A DNA stretch of 64,000 nt from Phoronis australis (GCA_002633005.1 NMRA01000150.1:264434-328433), one strand, 5' to 3'; positions 47,901-63,800 are shown, numbered from the stretch's first letter. Numbers and translations are program-made. Notes: a model not told the origin generated them from the sequence alone.

Positions 47901-49735
47901 TTAAACATAGCGTAAAAACCCCATTCAGACATAATTATGGTGAACCAAAATCGTCTGCTTCAAGCCAAAATGAACTACCAGCAAATCTAGCAGCAGCGAG
48001 TAGTTAACTGAAATAGAGATGGCAATGCTCTGGATATTAAAAAATTGTTGCCTACCAAAACGGGCTTCAAAGACTTCATAATAAAAATGCGGCTTTAGCC
48101 AATGAGCTACATTTCAGACTCTCCAGAAGATTTCTCCAAATGAGTGTACCTTTCGCGATACAATGTAAAACAGAAATTCACTAGCTAAACAGTCAGAAGA
48201 CAGTCACCCACAACATGGCTCATCAAACTGATGTAATCACCACACAGTCCCACAAAGGGTAGTGAAACTTGAAGAAAGACTCGTGAAAAATAAATGAAAC
48301 AATAGACAGGTCATAACAAAACTTGACAAACTGTCTCTGAATGATAAACATAAATCAAACTGCAAATTACCTCCATGCGATATTGTAACGTCTTTCTGTC
48401 AACTGGTTTTATTTTGATTTGCTACATACATCAATAAAAATATTCAGTTAGCAGTGAAACATAAAAATCTAAGTTAGAAGGTAGTATTTTAACACAGTCT
48501 AGTAAATAGTTACTTTGCCCAGAATACCTAATATACTCTCAATCCCACATGCTTGAATTAATGAAGAGTTTGACTTTACCACAATTTCACTATAAAATGC
48601 ACATTTTATAAGTTATAATACGCTTAGTACTGACTTTTAAATGTCTCAATTTAAAAGACCTGAGCTTAAATTATTAAAATCAAACTCTGCATGAGGAACC
48701 CATTCCAGGTAAAAATTGACCCTTGGATGATGATCCTCTGAAGGTTGCAGTGTACTAGTGCGGACGCAACAGCCCATTGAATTCCCTACAGCTGCTTGTG
48801 CTGCTTGGTAACTTAATTGTAATCCTTTATGACACCTCAATCTGTCATAAAACCATATGTTGGCAGCCCAGCCTGATATCTCCCTGTTTTGGCAGGGAAT
48901 GCGCTAATTCCAACTTGGGCTTCAGTTCACAAATTTAATTGGGCTCTGGCTTGAATTTTAACCCGTACCAAGATTTAACGCCAACATCAAAAATGCACAA
49001 AATGTACAAAATGCTGTGGTAATTTTAGGAAATACTGAGCAAAATTAGGAATATTCAAGAATTAATTTAGCAGGTTGCGAAAAAAGAAGTGAGACATACA
49101 TTTTGTTATTTCTAGACATAGGATAAAAGTTAGTGCAGTTAGTTTTACAAGTAAGGACTCCACTGCAAGAGAACTTGTGCAAGAGTAACATGTGATACGA
49201 GTGTCAATACATCCACTTAACACCCATCACTGTCCATTATAATCAGTGGCCAATGTCCAGCGTGTGTACTTACCGAAAGCGTAGGTGGGCCAGCCTCTAT
49301 CTGGAGTGTCTGTGATGGGAGTTCCTATGGACGCGAGAGTGAGAGTGATAGGAAGAGGGAGGAGATGTAGTAGTAGGGAAGACGAGTCTCAAACAAGTTG
49401 CACAAGATTCAGGAGCATGTTAAGGATCTGGAGTATTAGGTAACTGTTTTCGCACGGATGTTACTTTAAAATATTACAGGTAACTTTTATAAATAACATA
49501 GAAATAACAAGTAAGCAACATGTTAACTAGTTACAATTACACAAGTTTTGAACAGAACGGCAAGTTACTGCACCACTGCCCAGGTGGAAACCAAACTATT
49601 AGTTAGTATTAATGAGGTCTTGGGTTGTGATTAAGAACAGAAATTACAAGAATGGGAAAGGATAAATCCAAGTATACATTACATCACAGGGAGATAAGGT
49701 AAAAACAGTGTGTGTATGTGTGTGTGTGTGTGTGT

Positions 49736-49794
<59 letters not shown>

Positions 49795-52700
49795 TGTGTG
49801 TTTCAAGGGTCTCACCGATCTTGCAGGCACATCTGAGATGAGTATATTCCTGTTGGATCCCTTAATCTTCCCTTTAAAACTCTTGGATGGTTGCGTGGTG
49901 TCAGTAGTTACAGGAAGTGGAGGTGGCTGAACACCACTTCCTGTATCACTGGGTGACTTGACGACTGCAGATATTGACTTGACTATCTTCTTCTTAGACT
50001 TGATGGCAGTATCTGACCTAGTCAGCTGAGGATGAAAGGTTGGCAGTGTTATGAACAATAATTCTAATGATTACAATATGGAACAAAACAGACAGTCGCA
50101 GAATTCAACACCACATGGTGTTCAACTGAAGCGCAGACCAAGGAGGAACTATACAAAGACAAGTACATATTTACAGACATTTGCTCATCCAATGACAGTT
50201 GTAAACATGTGAAGTCACGTTAGTCATAAGGAAAATAATGGTATTACTCAACGTTTGAACGTTATTTTCAAACAAAATTTGATAGGCCTGCAACTTCCAA
50301 AACATTGGAGTAAATTATGTTCGTATTGTTTTTCACAACTGAGCAATATTGTAACATAGGGCAAAAATTTCATGAGCAAAACCCTGAATTTCAACAAATT
50401 TGAGATGTATGAAGAAGACACCATGGCTCTTGTCCACCCACTGAGACACTCTAGACTCACCTTCTGCTCTAACGTTTTCCTCCCAGAATCCTTAGCCTCA
50501 TTATCATCATCATCGTCATCCTCTTCTTCATCATCAACACCTGTCACATTCTTAACTCCAACAGCGCGTGCTCTCTTAGGCGCAGTTTTCCTCATCTTCT
50601 TCACAACTTTCTGAGAAAATGTTGACAAAAACAAAGTGATGTACCCACGCATGGTTACAAACAATTTACCAAAATTATGATCAGTAGCAAGTGGAGCTTC
50701 TGAAATAAAATCAACGTATAGCACCAAGAACAAAGGATAACAGTACAAGCATTTAAGGCGTATGATTGTACCTAATAGGAAGCGCATGTGTTCTGAAGTC
50801 CCAATTGCCTGACCCCAACCCCAACCACAACTCCAACCCTAACCTTAACCTAAGGCCTCAAAAAGTACAATAAAGAAAAATCCTTCAACAATGTGCTTAG
50901 AAAACAATATATTGCATGTTTTGTGGAATCCTCAAATAATTCATTAAGTGACGACGTAATGTTCATAATGAATTATTATTTTATATATTAGGAGACATTG
51001 ACAGCCATTACTGTCTAGAGCTAACATGAGCCATAGATTGACTTGGCATGCCATATTAGGAAGAAATGATTGTCATTACTGTCAATACAGCTAACAAGAG
51101 CCAGCAGAAACAACAAGAGCAAATGGTGATCTGAAAGATTTACATTCTGTCACTGATATTTATGGTAAATGTGAGTGCACTGTTCCATCACACCAACATG
51201 ACTGAAAGTACACCCCACCACTGTTATATTGGAGACCTACACGTCAGATAGTGCACTCAACTGTTATATTGGAGACCTACACATGTCAGATAGTGCACTC
51301 AACTGTTATGCTGGAGACCTACACATGTCAGATAGTGCACTCAACTGTTATGCTGGAGACCTACACATGTCAGATAGTGCACTCAACTGTTACGTTCGAG
51401 ACCTACAAATTCCTGAAAGTGCACACAACAACTGTAATGTTATTGTCAAGTTTAGAAAAGAACAGTTGTGGAATGTGAGCAGGGTTTACCTACAAACAAA
51501 GGAAAACATTTTTTTGACTCTGAGAGAACCATGAAGTTTGAAGGAACATGTGAGAGGTAATTAAAAGTTAAACTCAAAATAAACAGCGAAAATGGCAGCA
51601 GTTTTAATTCAACAATTTTAAATTTGTGTAAGTGGGAAAAGTACAGCATAAAGAATTATTGCCAAATTTTGTGCTCATGCATTCAAGCATAACAAGACTA
51701 AATGTGTAGGTTAGTGTAGAGTGGACTGCTATGCTAGGTGTATGTTAGTCATAGTCATCCACCCATTACCAACACTGTGTCACATTCACTATACACTACC
51801 TTGTCAACACCTCCACCTGACATCTTAGCCTGAAGTACGGGAAAGACCAAACACATGTAAGCAGTTGACATCTCACACTAAGGTCAAGGGTCATGAACTC
51901 AGTAGAAATGATATCAATAAGCATGGAAGCACATGGAACAAAGAAGACTGAACTAATGATGGCTTAATCAGTGTAGGTGAACAGTTTGTTATAATGCACC
52001 ATAACTGTGAACACAGGATGACACTGCCTTCAGGTAGAACTGAGTTTTAAACACACGATGACTCTATTGGGAATCAGAGAATACAGTGTCTAGTGTGCAG
52101 AACTGAGTTTGATCGATTAATCATCCAATGAAAAGTGTCTAATTCAGATCTTACACATTTACCATGAAAATCCTATAAAATCACTTGAATTTGACAAGTA
52201 TAAAGCAATATGAGACAAGTAGAAAATATTAAACATTTTACAAAATAAGATTTCTATAAAAGAAAAACCATGAGGGTAATTGTCTGTTTTGACACAATAT
52301 TCATGAAATGGATGATTGTTGATGTCATCCTCCATGTTTACACAAAAGTGAATGAAACCCTCAGAATGTAACACATAGCAAAACAACAGATTAAACAGCG
52401 CTGGAATGAAAGACAGTGAAATGTAAGAATAAGTGTGACATATAAATTTGGTGTGTCAAAAAACAATGTATGTTCAACAATTTTATATGTATTTTTTGAA
52501 ACTTGGAATACATTAAATTTGGTGCAATTCCTGCAAAATTTGAGAACTTTGTCTTCCTAGCTTGTTACAATTAAGCGCAATTAGTAATCAAAGTGAAATG
52601 TAACAGCCAAACATCAGTATCACACAGACAATGGATAGAAGAAAATACGTGATTAAATCATTCATTAAAACTCAACACATTGTATCTTCATTATCACAGC

Positions 52701-55700
52701 CAAATATGAACAATATGGCGATACATTGATTCATTCAGCAACTACTGACAAGGCTGTTATTGAGGAGCTTTGTTTGCAGTAACTAGAAATGGAAAGTTTG
52801 AGTCGATGTTTTGAGAAATATGTGAAGTGTGTTAATAACTTACTTGATGCTAAATGTCGTTCAAAGCATGCAAGTCCATCAAAACGCTATTTTTGTGAAA
52901 CACTGAAACTATCTTGAGAGATATTTTATTTATTTATTAAATTCCTGTGCTGAATAGGACGGTGGTGATTTCACCTTCAGCCATCAAGTACATAATTTTT
53001 TTTTAACCTTAACTTTTCAAATAATTACCTCCAGTTTAAAACTCGATTCTTGTGAAATTTGTTATCCAAGTTATTGCTATTAATAACAGACTATGATTGA
53101 GTGCATTTTTGTGTTGATCTTCATACATGTAAAATTATTAAAATTACAGTTTGTTGAATCTTGAAATGCTTTTTTGACACACCAATATAGATTACAAAAG
53201 GAATTTAATCCATTAAAACATGACAGAGGTATCACTCAAGACAACAAAACAGAAATTTGAAATACAACGATACATGAAACAAGAACTCCAGGAAACACTC
53301 CATACCAAACACAAAGAATAAAATGTAAAGACATAAAGCTGACAAAAAATAAATAAAAAATATGTGAGATTAAGCTTGGACGTATTTGAATTTTTCAAAA
53401 ATTTCTCCCCGAAAATCTGCATCAAAAACTCAGAATGGAAACTAAAAAATTGTTTAGCACATTGCTTTAAAGTGGCAGTCACTATGACAACAAATAGCAT
53501 GCATCTGTAAATGAATGAATAAAACAAAGTACTCATAATGTGTTGGCAAAGAGCGCCCCCTGGAGTAAGACTTACCTTGCACTTCCTGTCTACAATCTGC
53601 AGTGCTCACCATGTTCGACTTACTGTTACAGTCACTCACTCACACACTTGCAAAACAAATGGTTTTCATGCTTCTGCTAACTTGTTGTCAAATGAAACAA
53701 CGACTTCTGTAGCAGACAGCTCAACTGAAGGTGAAGCATTTTGTTACTTGTTGTCAAATGAAAGGAAGACCTCTGTAGCGGATGGCTCAAGGTAAAGCAT
53801 TCTCTTACTTATGGTATTAAGTATGAAGAAAAGAGTAGAAAAAAAAGTTACTGTTCTCAAGCAAATGTAAAGGAGCCAACTCAAGAAAGGAAACAGAAAC
53901 TCACGTGAAAACAATTTGAAAGGAGAATGATCACATTTCAAGTTCAGTATCTTTAAGAAACACAGTCGTGTTATCAAACAATAGAAGGAAAGTTCTGAAT
54001 TATACTGTCAAGTTTCACAATATCTCCTCATGCCATTTGGAATCGTTCCAAAGAATAACACTGATTTTATGAATGATCTTGGGACCATTACCATAACTGA
54101 AATGAACTTACTACTATAATATCTGATAATAAGTAACATATTGATTGTGCTTTATTAGTAAGGGGAAACTGGACCGAGACCAATGTGTAATATTTAACGT
54201 TGTCTGCTCCCAACATTGATGTGTCAGACAGATACTGACTTATCCCACATGATGGCTCACAAAAACTTGAAAAACAAACATTTACTTAGTTATAGTGACA
54301 CAGTACAAATTGCAATGATCTCTTTACAGCAATATGATCCAAGAATTTATTTTTAATTTTCCAAGGTAGTTGGACAGAAATGGATACTAGAAATCAAAAT
54401 TCATATTCATTCACTCAAGCATTCAGACATGACTAACCTTGGCAGAGATGATCTGCGAGATATCCGGCCTGCTCTCTGTTTGTTGAGATTTTATTACCTC
54501 TGGTTTACGCAAGTGGTCGTGATCTGCTTTTGGTATCGTAGAACGAGATATGGCTACTTTCTTTTTCTCGTCCGCCATAATCTTCTTCACATCAAGCTGA
54601 AATGGAAACATTTAAATTCCTGTTAAATTACGCCTATACATCAACACATTACACATACACGTCAACACATCCTGATATTATCATGAACTGTAACACAAGT
54701 CTTGTACCACAATACCATGCTTGTGCAACGTCCAGAATAGTAAAATGTCATCAATTTCATGCATAAATATTTACCAAAATTGATCTCTTTAAATTTTTAA
54801 AAGGTCTCTGATATTGTTGTGAATGTCCATAATTTCTCAAAAGATTGTATAACATGGCGACATGGCTGTGGTGTAGAACATAAACAGCACATATCAATGG
54901 TGATACTTGACTTGTCAGGCATACAGTGCCCTAACGAAAACAATGTGTCAACTTTTGCCAGGTCAACAATCTAGAATTGTGTTGGGGAAAGAGAATGGAG
55001 TTTGCAAGTTCTGATGGCATGAGAATACAATTAGCGGAAATTTTTTGAAAGGCTATGTGTCAGGAACTATTAATAACCACAATATATCAGTATTGATCAC
55101 CATTGGTAAATCACTGACAAAACGAAGTACATCATAAAGCCTGCCAGCAGATGGAGACTCTGTACTGTGTAAGACAACTTAATGGTAACTAAGTGTGATG
55201 TAGATTCTATATACTATGTAAGACAACTTAATGATAACTAAGTATGATGTAGATTCTATATACTATGTAAGACAACTTAATGATAACTAAGTGTGATGTA
55301 CTTTACCTTTACTTTACTAATGTTAGTTGGTCTAGTCTCAAACTTTGTGGGTTCTCTGGCTATTTCCTGCACAGCCTTCTTCTTGACAGGAAGAGCTAGA
55401 AGCACGAGATGAGCATATGTACAGCTGACAGACTTATGGTTTGTGAGGGACAAAATACATGCACATCAGACAGACTTATGGTTTGTGAGGGACAAAATAC
55501 ATGCACATCAGACAGACTTATGGTTTGTGAGGGACAAAATACATGCACATCAGACAGACTTATGGTTTGTGAGGGACAATATGCATGAACATCAGACAGA
55601 CTTATGGTTTGTGAGGGACAAAACGCATGCACATCAGATAGACTTATGGTTTGTGAGGGACAAAATACATGCACATCAGACAGACTTATGGTTTGTGAGG

Positions 55701-57820
55701 GACAAAACGCATGCACATCAGATAGACTTATGGTTTGTGAGGGACAAAATACATGCACATCAGACATACTTATGGTTTGTGAGGGACAAAACGTATGCAC
55801 ATCAGACAGGCTTATGGATTGTGAGGGACAGAACACATGCATATCATACAGGCTTGTGGTTTGTTAAGGACAGAATACATGCACATCAGACAGACTGTAG
55901 TTGTAGTACGCGATGCACCACTAACTCACAGTTACTCATGTTCAAGTACTGTTTATAGTCAAACATGCCAACATTTATGATCATTAATACGGATAATAAC
56001 AACTGCAAATATTATGAAAAGCTACAAAACAGACAGCTAGAAGACAAGAAGAACATGTTTAAGTGAATCAAATGATGGACTGTTGTTACCTATTTCAACA
56101 TTTCAAGATTTATGTAACTCTGGTTTTAATTAAACCAGCTTGCCTTTCACACAAACCAAGTTTTGAGTGAGATCATTCACTGTTACGAATGCGGTCTCAA
56201 ATTGGTCCTTAGTCTAATTGGAGGTGATTTCAAGGCTTTGAAAGAACAGTCACTTCATTATTGTTTGAGACGAGGCTCCACAAACTGGCTTTTCACAGCG
56301 TGTGATTTCATGTTATTTCATGTGCCTAGCATAGTCTCTAGGAATAATAAACCATCAGATCTTTACAAACCCATTTTTAATAGTTTATTGACATTAATAT
56401 CATATACAAATGATGGAGACGTGATTATTTAACACAATCACACACACAAGAATGCACGGACATACACACACACACACGCACACACACACGCACACACACA
56501 CACACATGCACATTTTGAGACTAGATAATGCAACATTAGCTAATAATCAAAGAAACAGAAGACACAAAAACGACCATCTTCAACTAAATTTTTCATTTTC
56601 ATGGTTTCTGACATAATACATTTTTCGTTTTAATAATTGTAAAACTTCCTTCCACAAAAGTTCCATGATTGAAGGAGTAATGCTTGTGATGCTTGTGAGC
56701 CTTTGGCAGTAAATGTGATACTTTCACATTTCCCAAACAATTGAGTAAATTTATTATTATTATACCCGGTTCATGTAGTTTAATGAAGAGAATATTGTTG
56801 ACAACAAAATATGTTTTTGAAAATAACCATTGAATTATAGCAGACTAGAAAGTGTTTCTCACATTACGATTCAAGTAAAAATGAGCTATATTCTCTGTCT
56901 CTGGCAAAGCTATGAATCTTGGACACCAATACTGTCCATCACCATCAAATATTGTCCACCATCCAATATTGTCCACCATCCAATATGTCTTACCACTCTT
57001 TTTTACTTCAACCACAGGCGCTGGTTCTGGCTCTTCTGCACTGGACTCACCCCCCTGTATTGGATACAGTACACAATTTACAAGACAGTACAGTACAAAG
57101 ATTATTGAATACTGTTTACATTGGATACAATATACAATGAACAGCTACAATACAAGAATAATTATATACTGTATACATTAGATACAATATACAACACAGC
57201 TACAGTACAAAGATTATTTTATATTTTTTACATTGAATACCCAAATGAATAGCTACAATATAATATATATTGGATACGATATACACGGATTATTGTATAC
57301 TTTATAAATTGGATGTACGTTGTAATGATATTCCTTAATAAACCATTTTTGTTATTTTAACCGTTGGCATCGTACCATAACTTTACTCTTTCCAGCATTG
57401 CTGCCCTACATAACTAGTACATACTAACTCTGAATAAACATTTCAAATAAAAATTAGCTATTTTAGAAGTAATTCAATCTAAAATACAATTTCCAGTGTT
57501 AGACATCAGTTAAAGGAATGTAGTGTTAACTCACCTCAGATACAGATGCTTCACTGGGAGTGGGAGGAGTTGTGGGCGGGGTCACTGTGGGTGATGGCCC
57601 TGGCGACACACCAAAGGCAGGGTATGTTATAATGTCTCGCTTCTGTTTCATCTCACGAATTATGTCTGAAAACACAACAAATATGACAATAACTGGCAGG
57701 GATAGCTGTGACAGAGAGTAACTTTACACAGAGCTAGATAAAGTAAAGGCAGATCAAAACTGAAATGTCATTTTCATTGAAACACGATTGCTCAACTATT
57801 AACAAGTGTGTGTGAGTGTA

Positions 57821-57864
<44 letters not shown>

Positions 57865-60800
57865 NNNNNNNNNNNNNNNNNNNNNNNNNNNNNNNNNNNN
57901 NNNNNNNNNNNNNNNNNNNNNNNNNNNNNNNNNNNNNNNNNNNNNNNNNNNNNNNNNNNNNNNNNNNNNNNNNNNNNNNNNNNNNNNNNNNNNNNNNNNN
58001 NNNNNNNNNNNNNNNNNNNNNNNNNNNNNNNNNNNNNNNNNNNNNNNNNNNNNNNNNNNNNNNNNNNNNNNNNNNNNNNNNNNNNNNNNNNNNNNNNNNN
58101 NNNNNNNNNNNNNNNNNNNNNNNNNNNNNNNNNNNNNNNNNNNNNNNNNNNNNNNNNNNNNNNNNNNNNNNNNNNNNNNNNNNNNNNNNNNNNNNNNNNN
58201 NNNNNNNNNNNNNNNNNNNNNNNNNNNNNNNNNNNNNNNNNNNNNNNNNNNNNNNNNNNNNNNNNNNNNNNNNNNNNNNNNNNNNNNNNNNNNNNNNNNN
58301 NNNNNNNNNNNNNNNNNNNNNNNNNNNNNNNNNNNNNNNNNNAGGTCACTCAGAGGTCACTCAGAGGTCACTCAGTTTACCCTCTTCCTCATCCGTTTCA
58401 TCATCTGGTACAGAGTATTTTTTGGATTTCTTTTTCTTTTTTCTTTTTTTCTTTTTCACAGCAGCTAACCTTGAAGAAAGCTCTGCAAGCCGACAACTTT
58501 ATCAAAGACATGTGTCATGTATGACATGTGTCATGTATGACATGTGCCATGTATGACATGTGCCATGTATGACATGTGTCATGTATGACATGTGCCATGT
58601 ATGACATGTGCCATGTATGACATGTGCCATGTATGACATGTGTCATGTAAGACAATTTTCCTCTCACAAATCATCTCTAGTTCTCCAGCATAAATGATGG
58701 GGCATACCACTAATGGTGTCCAGGAATGACTGCCTAATTGTGACAAACAATGCCTAATTGTGGCAAAAACATTAACATCTTAAAGGATAAGAGACTGCAT
58801 GTGTATATGACTGACCATAGGCCCCAACCTATGTAAGAATTTCACCATGGACCTTCAACCTGTGTGAACAGATCATCACGGACCCCATCCTCTGTAAACA
58901 AGTCACCATGGACCTCCCATCCTATGTGAAGGCTTTACCATGGACCCCCATGAGAACACCTCACCATAGACGCCATACTTGTACCATACCAATCGTAACA
59001 ACTTAGTCAACTTTCATTCTCACTTTACTATACAATTGACAGTAAAAAGTTGTAAATACTAATTATAATGTTCATAGCAGTCTATGAAGATCATAATTTT
59101 TAAGTGCAGCACAACAAAATGTTTACCTATGGGTAAATATGACTGACAATTGTAAAGATAAATATGTCTCGGTCAGTGACTGTGATAGACATATGAAACA
59201 TGAGCAATTGTTTACCTTTGGTTAAACTAGACTGTGACAATCTTCTAAAGGTGCGTATATCTTGGTTAGTGACGGTGGCAGACATGCGTAAATCAAGCAG
59301 TGACAATGTAAGAGGCGTCTCCATGGGAGAGAAGTACGTCTCTGTGGGTGCCATGGAGATTTCCGACTCAGATATTTCCTCACTAACAACTTCCTCTTCA
59401 GGCTCAGTAACAACGTTGCCCGCCATGAAAGAATGGTCAAACACCAGGTCATAAGGTTTCTGGAACACAAGAACAAACAAAGTGAGTCATAGTACTGGAA
59501 CTATTTTATGTAACTACGTTATAACAGTAAATTGGCAAAATATAACTACTGTGTCAGCTCAAATATTTAAAAGATTTTTGAAGAATGTGATGTACGCAAA
59601 GACTTGCTATATTTAATGAATGTAACTTCCAAGAAATAAACTAAAAGATCTACAGATAAGACATCTTTGCAAAGTTTGCAAAGAAGATGAAAGAAATTGC
59701 TCCTGAACGTAGTATTCAAATGATACTTAAAAAGGAGGTATAGTTACAAAAACTGAACTTACCAAATACTTGTCCAAATTGAGAGGTTCAGGATCCACAG
59801 AAATGTTCTCGTACTTGACGTAAGGATCTTCATATATGTCGGACTCTAAAAAAAGGACAAAAATGTATTGCCACAATTTTAAGCATGAACCAGTAAGAAT
59901 TTCTATACAAAAAGGTGCAATAAAAGAGACAGTTTTTGTGCCAGACAATAAAAGACATAGTATATATTCCACCAGGTGTCACTACATACCCTCTCCATCA
60001 TCTTCCTCATCCTCATCCCTAATTGATATATTGTGCAGAACTGAAACGAACAATCAATAAGGTCAGCACTACAACCAACCAATCATTACTTTATTCATAT
60101 TTATAATACACTTGTTATGACATGTGCCATCTGTATTGTAACATGACACAAGGAACTTCACATGTGACATTCAAATGTTCCATGTGAGAATGTTATGTTC
60201 CATGTGAGAATGTAATGTCTCACATGAGAATGTAAAGTCTCACATGAGATTATAATGTCGCATTTGATAATATAATGATTCATGTGAGAATGTAATGTCT
60301 CATGTATAAAGGCTATGCCCCATGTGAGATTAGGTCAATACTTATTTTGAAAAAATGAGCAATACTTGGCGTCTTACCTCTAGCTGCCTCCAATATGTAA
60401 ATTTGATTATGAAAACCAAATATAAGATCTCCGCGAGAATTGAGGAAGAGAAGAGAACAAAGTGAGTCATTCAGGAGTATCTCTGTTGTCAATGTCCGCT
60501 CAACCGCATTCCATATCTTGATGTAACCATCAGCACTGAAAGTGTAACATCAATCCTCACTAATACAGACACATTACACATAAGACCTCACTAACACAAT
60601 TAACACATTACACATAAGACCTCACTAATACAAACACATTACACATAAGACCTCACTAATACAAACACATTACACATAAGACCTCCCAAATACAGACACA
60701 TTAAGACCTCAATAATACAGACACATTACACACAAGACCTCACTCATACAGACACAGTACATATAAGGACATGGACGCAGAATGATTAGTTTTTACATGA

Positions 60801-63800
60801 AAACCATCAACAAAAGCTGATGTGACCAATATGAAATAAACAAGTCTTAGAGTAGAGTTTTGTTCCAGAATATAATAAAGCAAACGTAGAAAGTCTTAAA
60901 CATTATAACGGAAATCGTTCTTTTGTTTACTACTGCCTAGAATTACTCAATACAGAGGTGCAATATACCTAGCACTGGCATAGACTTCCTTGCTGGCCAG
61001 CGCATCAATGGCAATAATGGCTGCCTTGTGTTCCCTGTTTCGGTTAGTCTTTCGCCTGTACATGGCATCCTCACTCATCCTTGTCACTGTAACAGGAGAG
61101 TGAACAAACACTGTGAAGCTCAAGACACCAACTGGAATGAGTGACAAGTGACTGACGCCAGTCAATAAACCAAACATGGATCAGAAACGTGCAACAGATA
61201 TTATCCTTAACTAAACAAACCATCAGGCAGAATGTTCATGAGCTACCACACACTGTTTTGATGTTGGAGGAAAATAGAGGACGAAAACAAATTTAAAGAA
61301 CATTATCTCACTGTTGTCCCTTTTCACTACAAATAGTTTTTAAATGACTGTCACAGAGGATAAATCCTAAAATCAAACTGATTGCTCTTTTAACATATTT
61401 TCAACCCCTCCTGAAGATTCAAAATCCTTAAGTGTCATGTTGTTTGCACCCAACAAACAAATGTACAACAGAAGATTATATCCCGAGCAACCAACTTACA
61501 GGTTGGTTTTAAAGGACCAGGATCTTCCACAAGGTCAAGGTCATCCAACTCTATTGCACCACATTCAAACCCCAACATCATGGAATTACTCTGAAACAAA
61601 TAAAAAACAACTTAAGTACAACCATTACTAGATGCAAGACACTCACAAGACACTCACACAACATTCAAGAGTCACTCATAAGACACTCATAAGACACTTA
61701 CAAGACACTCAAAAGGCACTCACAAGACATTCACAGGTCACTCACAAGACACAAGCAAGTAGTCACTCATGAGACATTCTTGAGACACTGATGAATCACT
61801 CACAAGTCATTCACGAGACACCCACAAGAAAAGTTAGGTGTGATCATCTGCTTTTAAAATGGAGGTACCTCATGAAGATTTGCATCATCATACATGTATT
61901 TTTGGGAGTTTCTTGCACATAGTAACTGTACACAAGTTCAAACCATTGGACCACCAGGCAAAATGTGCATGTAGAAAGAATGAAGTTTATCTTTCAATAT
62001 TGAGAGGAACACTTTGCAAAATGAAAGCTCCACCTACCAGCCTAGCAAAGTCCACAACAGGTTCATCACAGGCGACCTCATGTAACAACTTGAGACTGGG
62101 TAGATCCCAGGTTTGAATAACATCATACTGCTGACCATGACAAGTAGTGACCAGACAGTTGTATGCTCTGTTCTGCTCAATGTGAACAATCTGTAAGAAC
62201 ATTGAACATCAAATTGTGTCATTGAAAATGGAAAATGTCACAGATCAATCTCCAGATGCATTGTCTTCGTGGCAATGAAACATGAACAAACCATCACTCC
62301 ATTAGACAGATACTCTTCAACTTTATACTTAAGTAAATGAAGTGATTTCAACATCACTGACTGAGATGATGAAATATGATATTGCTGTCTACAACTTACA
62401 TACAGTACGTACTGCTGCCTACAACTTACATACTGTAAGTACTGCTGTCTACGACTTACATATTGTAAGAACTGCTGTCTACAACTTACAAAATGTAAGT
62501 ACTGCTGTCTACAACTTACATACTGTAAGAACAACTGTCTACCACTTACATACTGTAAGTACTGCTGTCTACAACTTACATACAGTACGTACTGCTGTCT
62601 ACAACTTATGTACTGTAAGTACTGCTGTCTACGACTTACATACTGTAAGTACTGCTGTCTACAACTTACATACTGTCTGTAAGAATTGCTGTCTAGCACT
62701 TACATACTAGTTACTTTAAGTACACACCGTGTTGGTAATGAGTCGTTTTTGCAAACTTATTGCATTTTGTTTGCTAAATTGCCAGAAATTTGATTTCAAT
62801 ATGTATTTTTCCACAAACAACTTAATTCTATAATTCTGGATCACATTACCGCTGCACGTGCACCTGACTTACACTATCTTTGTTGGCTTTGAATTCCATG
62901 TACTTCTTGCCCTTGATGTATGGATCCAGGAATAAGATCCGACCATCCTGTAAACAGCACATCAATGACCTCACAAGTCAGCGACATTACAAATTAAGCA
63001 TCCAATGCGATGAAATGTTTAACCATATGTTAAGTGGGGTTGGGATGACAAACCGTACATTGAATCAAAAAGATAAAGCTGCCCCATACATTGCAATTCT
63101 GCCACTTGAAAAAACATCAATTTTAATTCTGTGATAACGGATTTTGAGAACCAGGGTAACATTCCATAGATCAAGTTTCTTCTGAGAAAAGTAAGATCTC
63201 GCAAACCTTGCAAAATCACGTGAGTGAAAGGCACTTGTTTTGCGAGTATGCTTGGGAGGTTGTTAGCCTATCCTAGCAAAATGCATGTAAACACAATGCT
63301 TCATATAGGGTTGGTATTATTTTTTGAGTGTAGAGTACTTTAAAGTAAGCATTCCTGATTCACATTCTCTTGTTGACACATCTCCATGAGTGATCTGTTC
63401 ACATCATTTCACAAGGTCTTGTATCAAAACTAGTAAGCAACTATTGAGCAGCAATTTGTCATGTCAAAGGTCAGTATACTCTATTCCAAACAAATAATTT
63501 GATACACCTATAGAACACAAATGAAAGTTTTACAGCACCAGTGTGTTGCAGTCATTTACAGCACCAGTGTGTGTCACTCATTTACAGCAGTCACACGGTG
63601 AAGACAAGGCTTTACAGCAGTAACACCGTGTAGTCAAGTTAAACAGTAGTCAAATGGTGTAGCGAAGACTTTATATTGCTACTAACCTTCAGACCAAGCA
63701 GAAGATATCTATCATTGACTGGGCAACACTCTCCCTCCTCCGTCCATACACACGCCGGTGAAGACAGACAACAGATAGACAGCACATCAACCGATAATTC

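Noticed and set aside
50808-50853. Interstitial telomere-like (CCCTAA) tract
   Set aside because: Only one exact unit among degenerate ones; too short to support a fusion or healing site.
55396-55958. Repetitive Cys/His-rich ORFs (also 21616-21897, 51229-51534, 62238-62710)
   Set aside because: Translations of minisatellites whose unit length is a multiple of 3; open in several frames and strands, no splice support.
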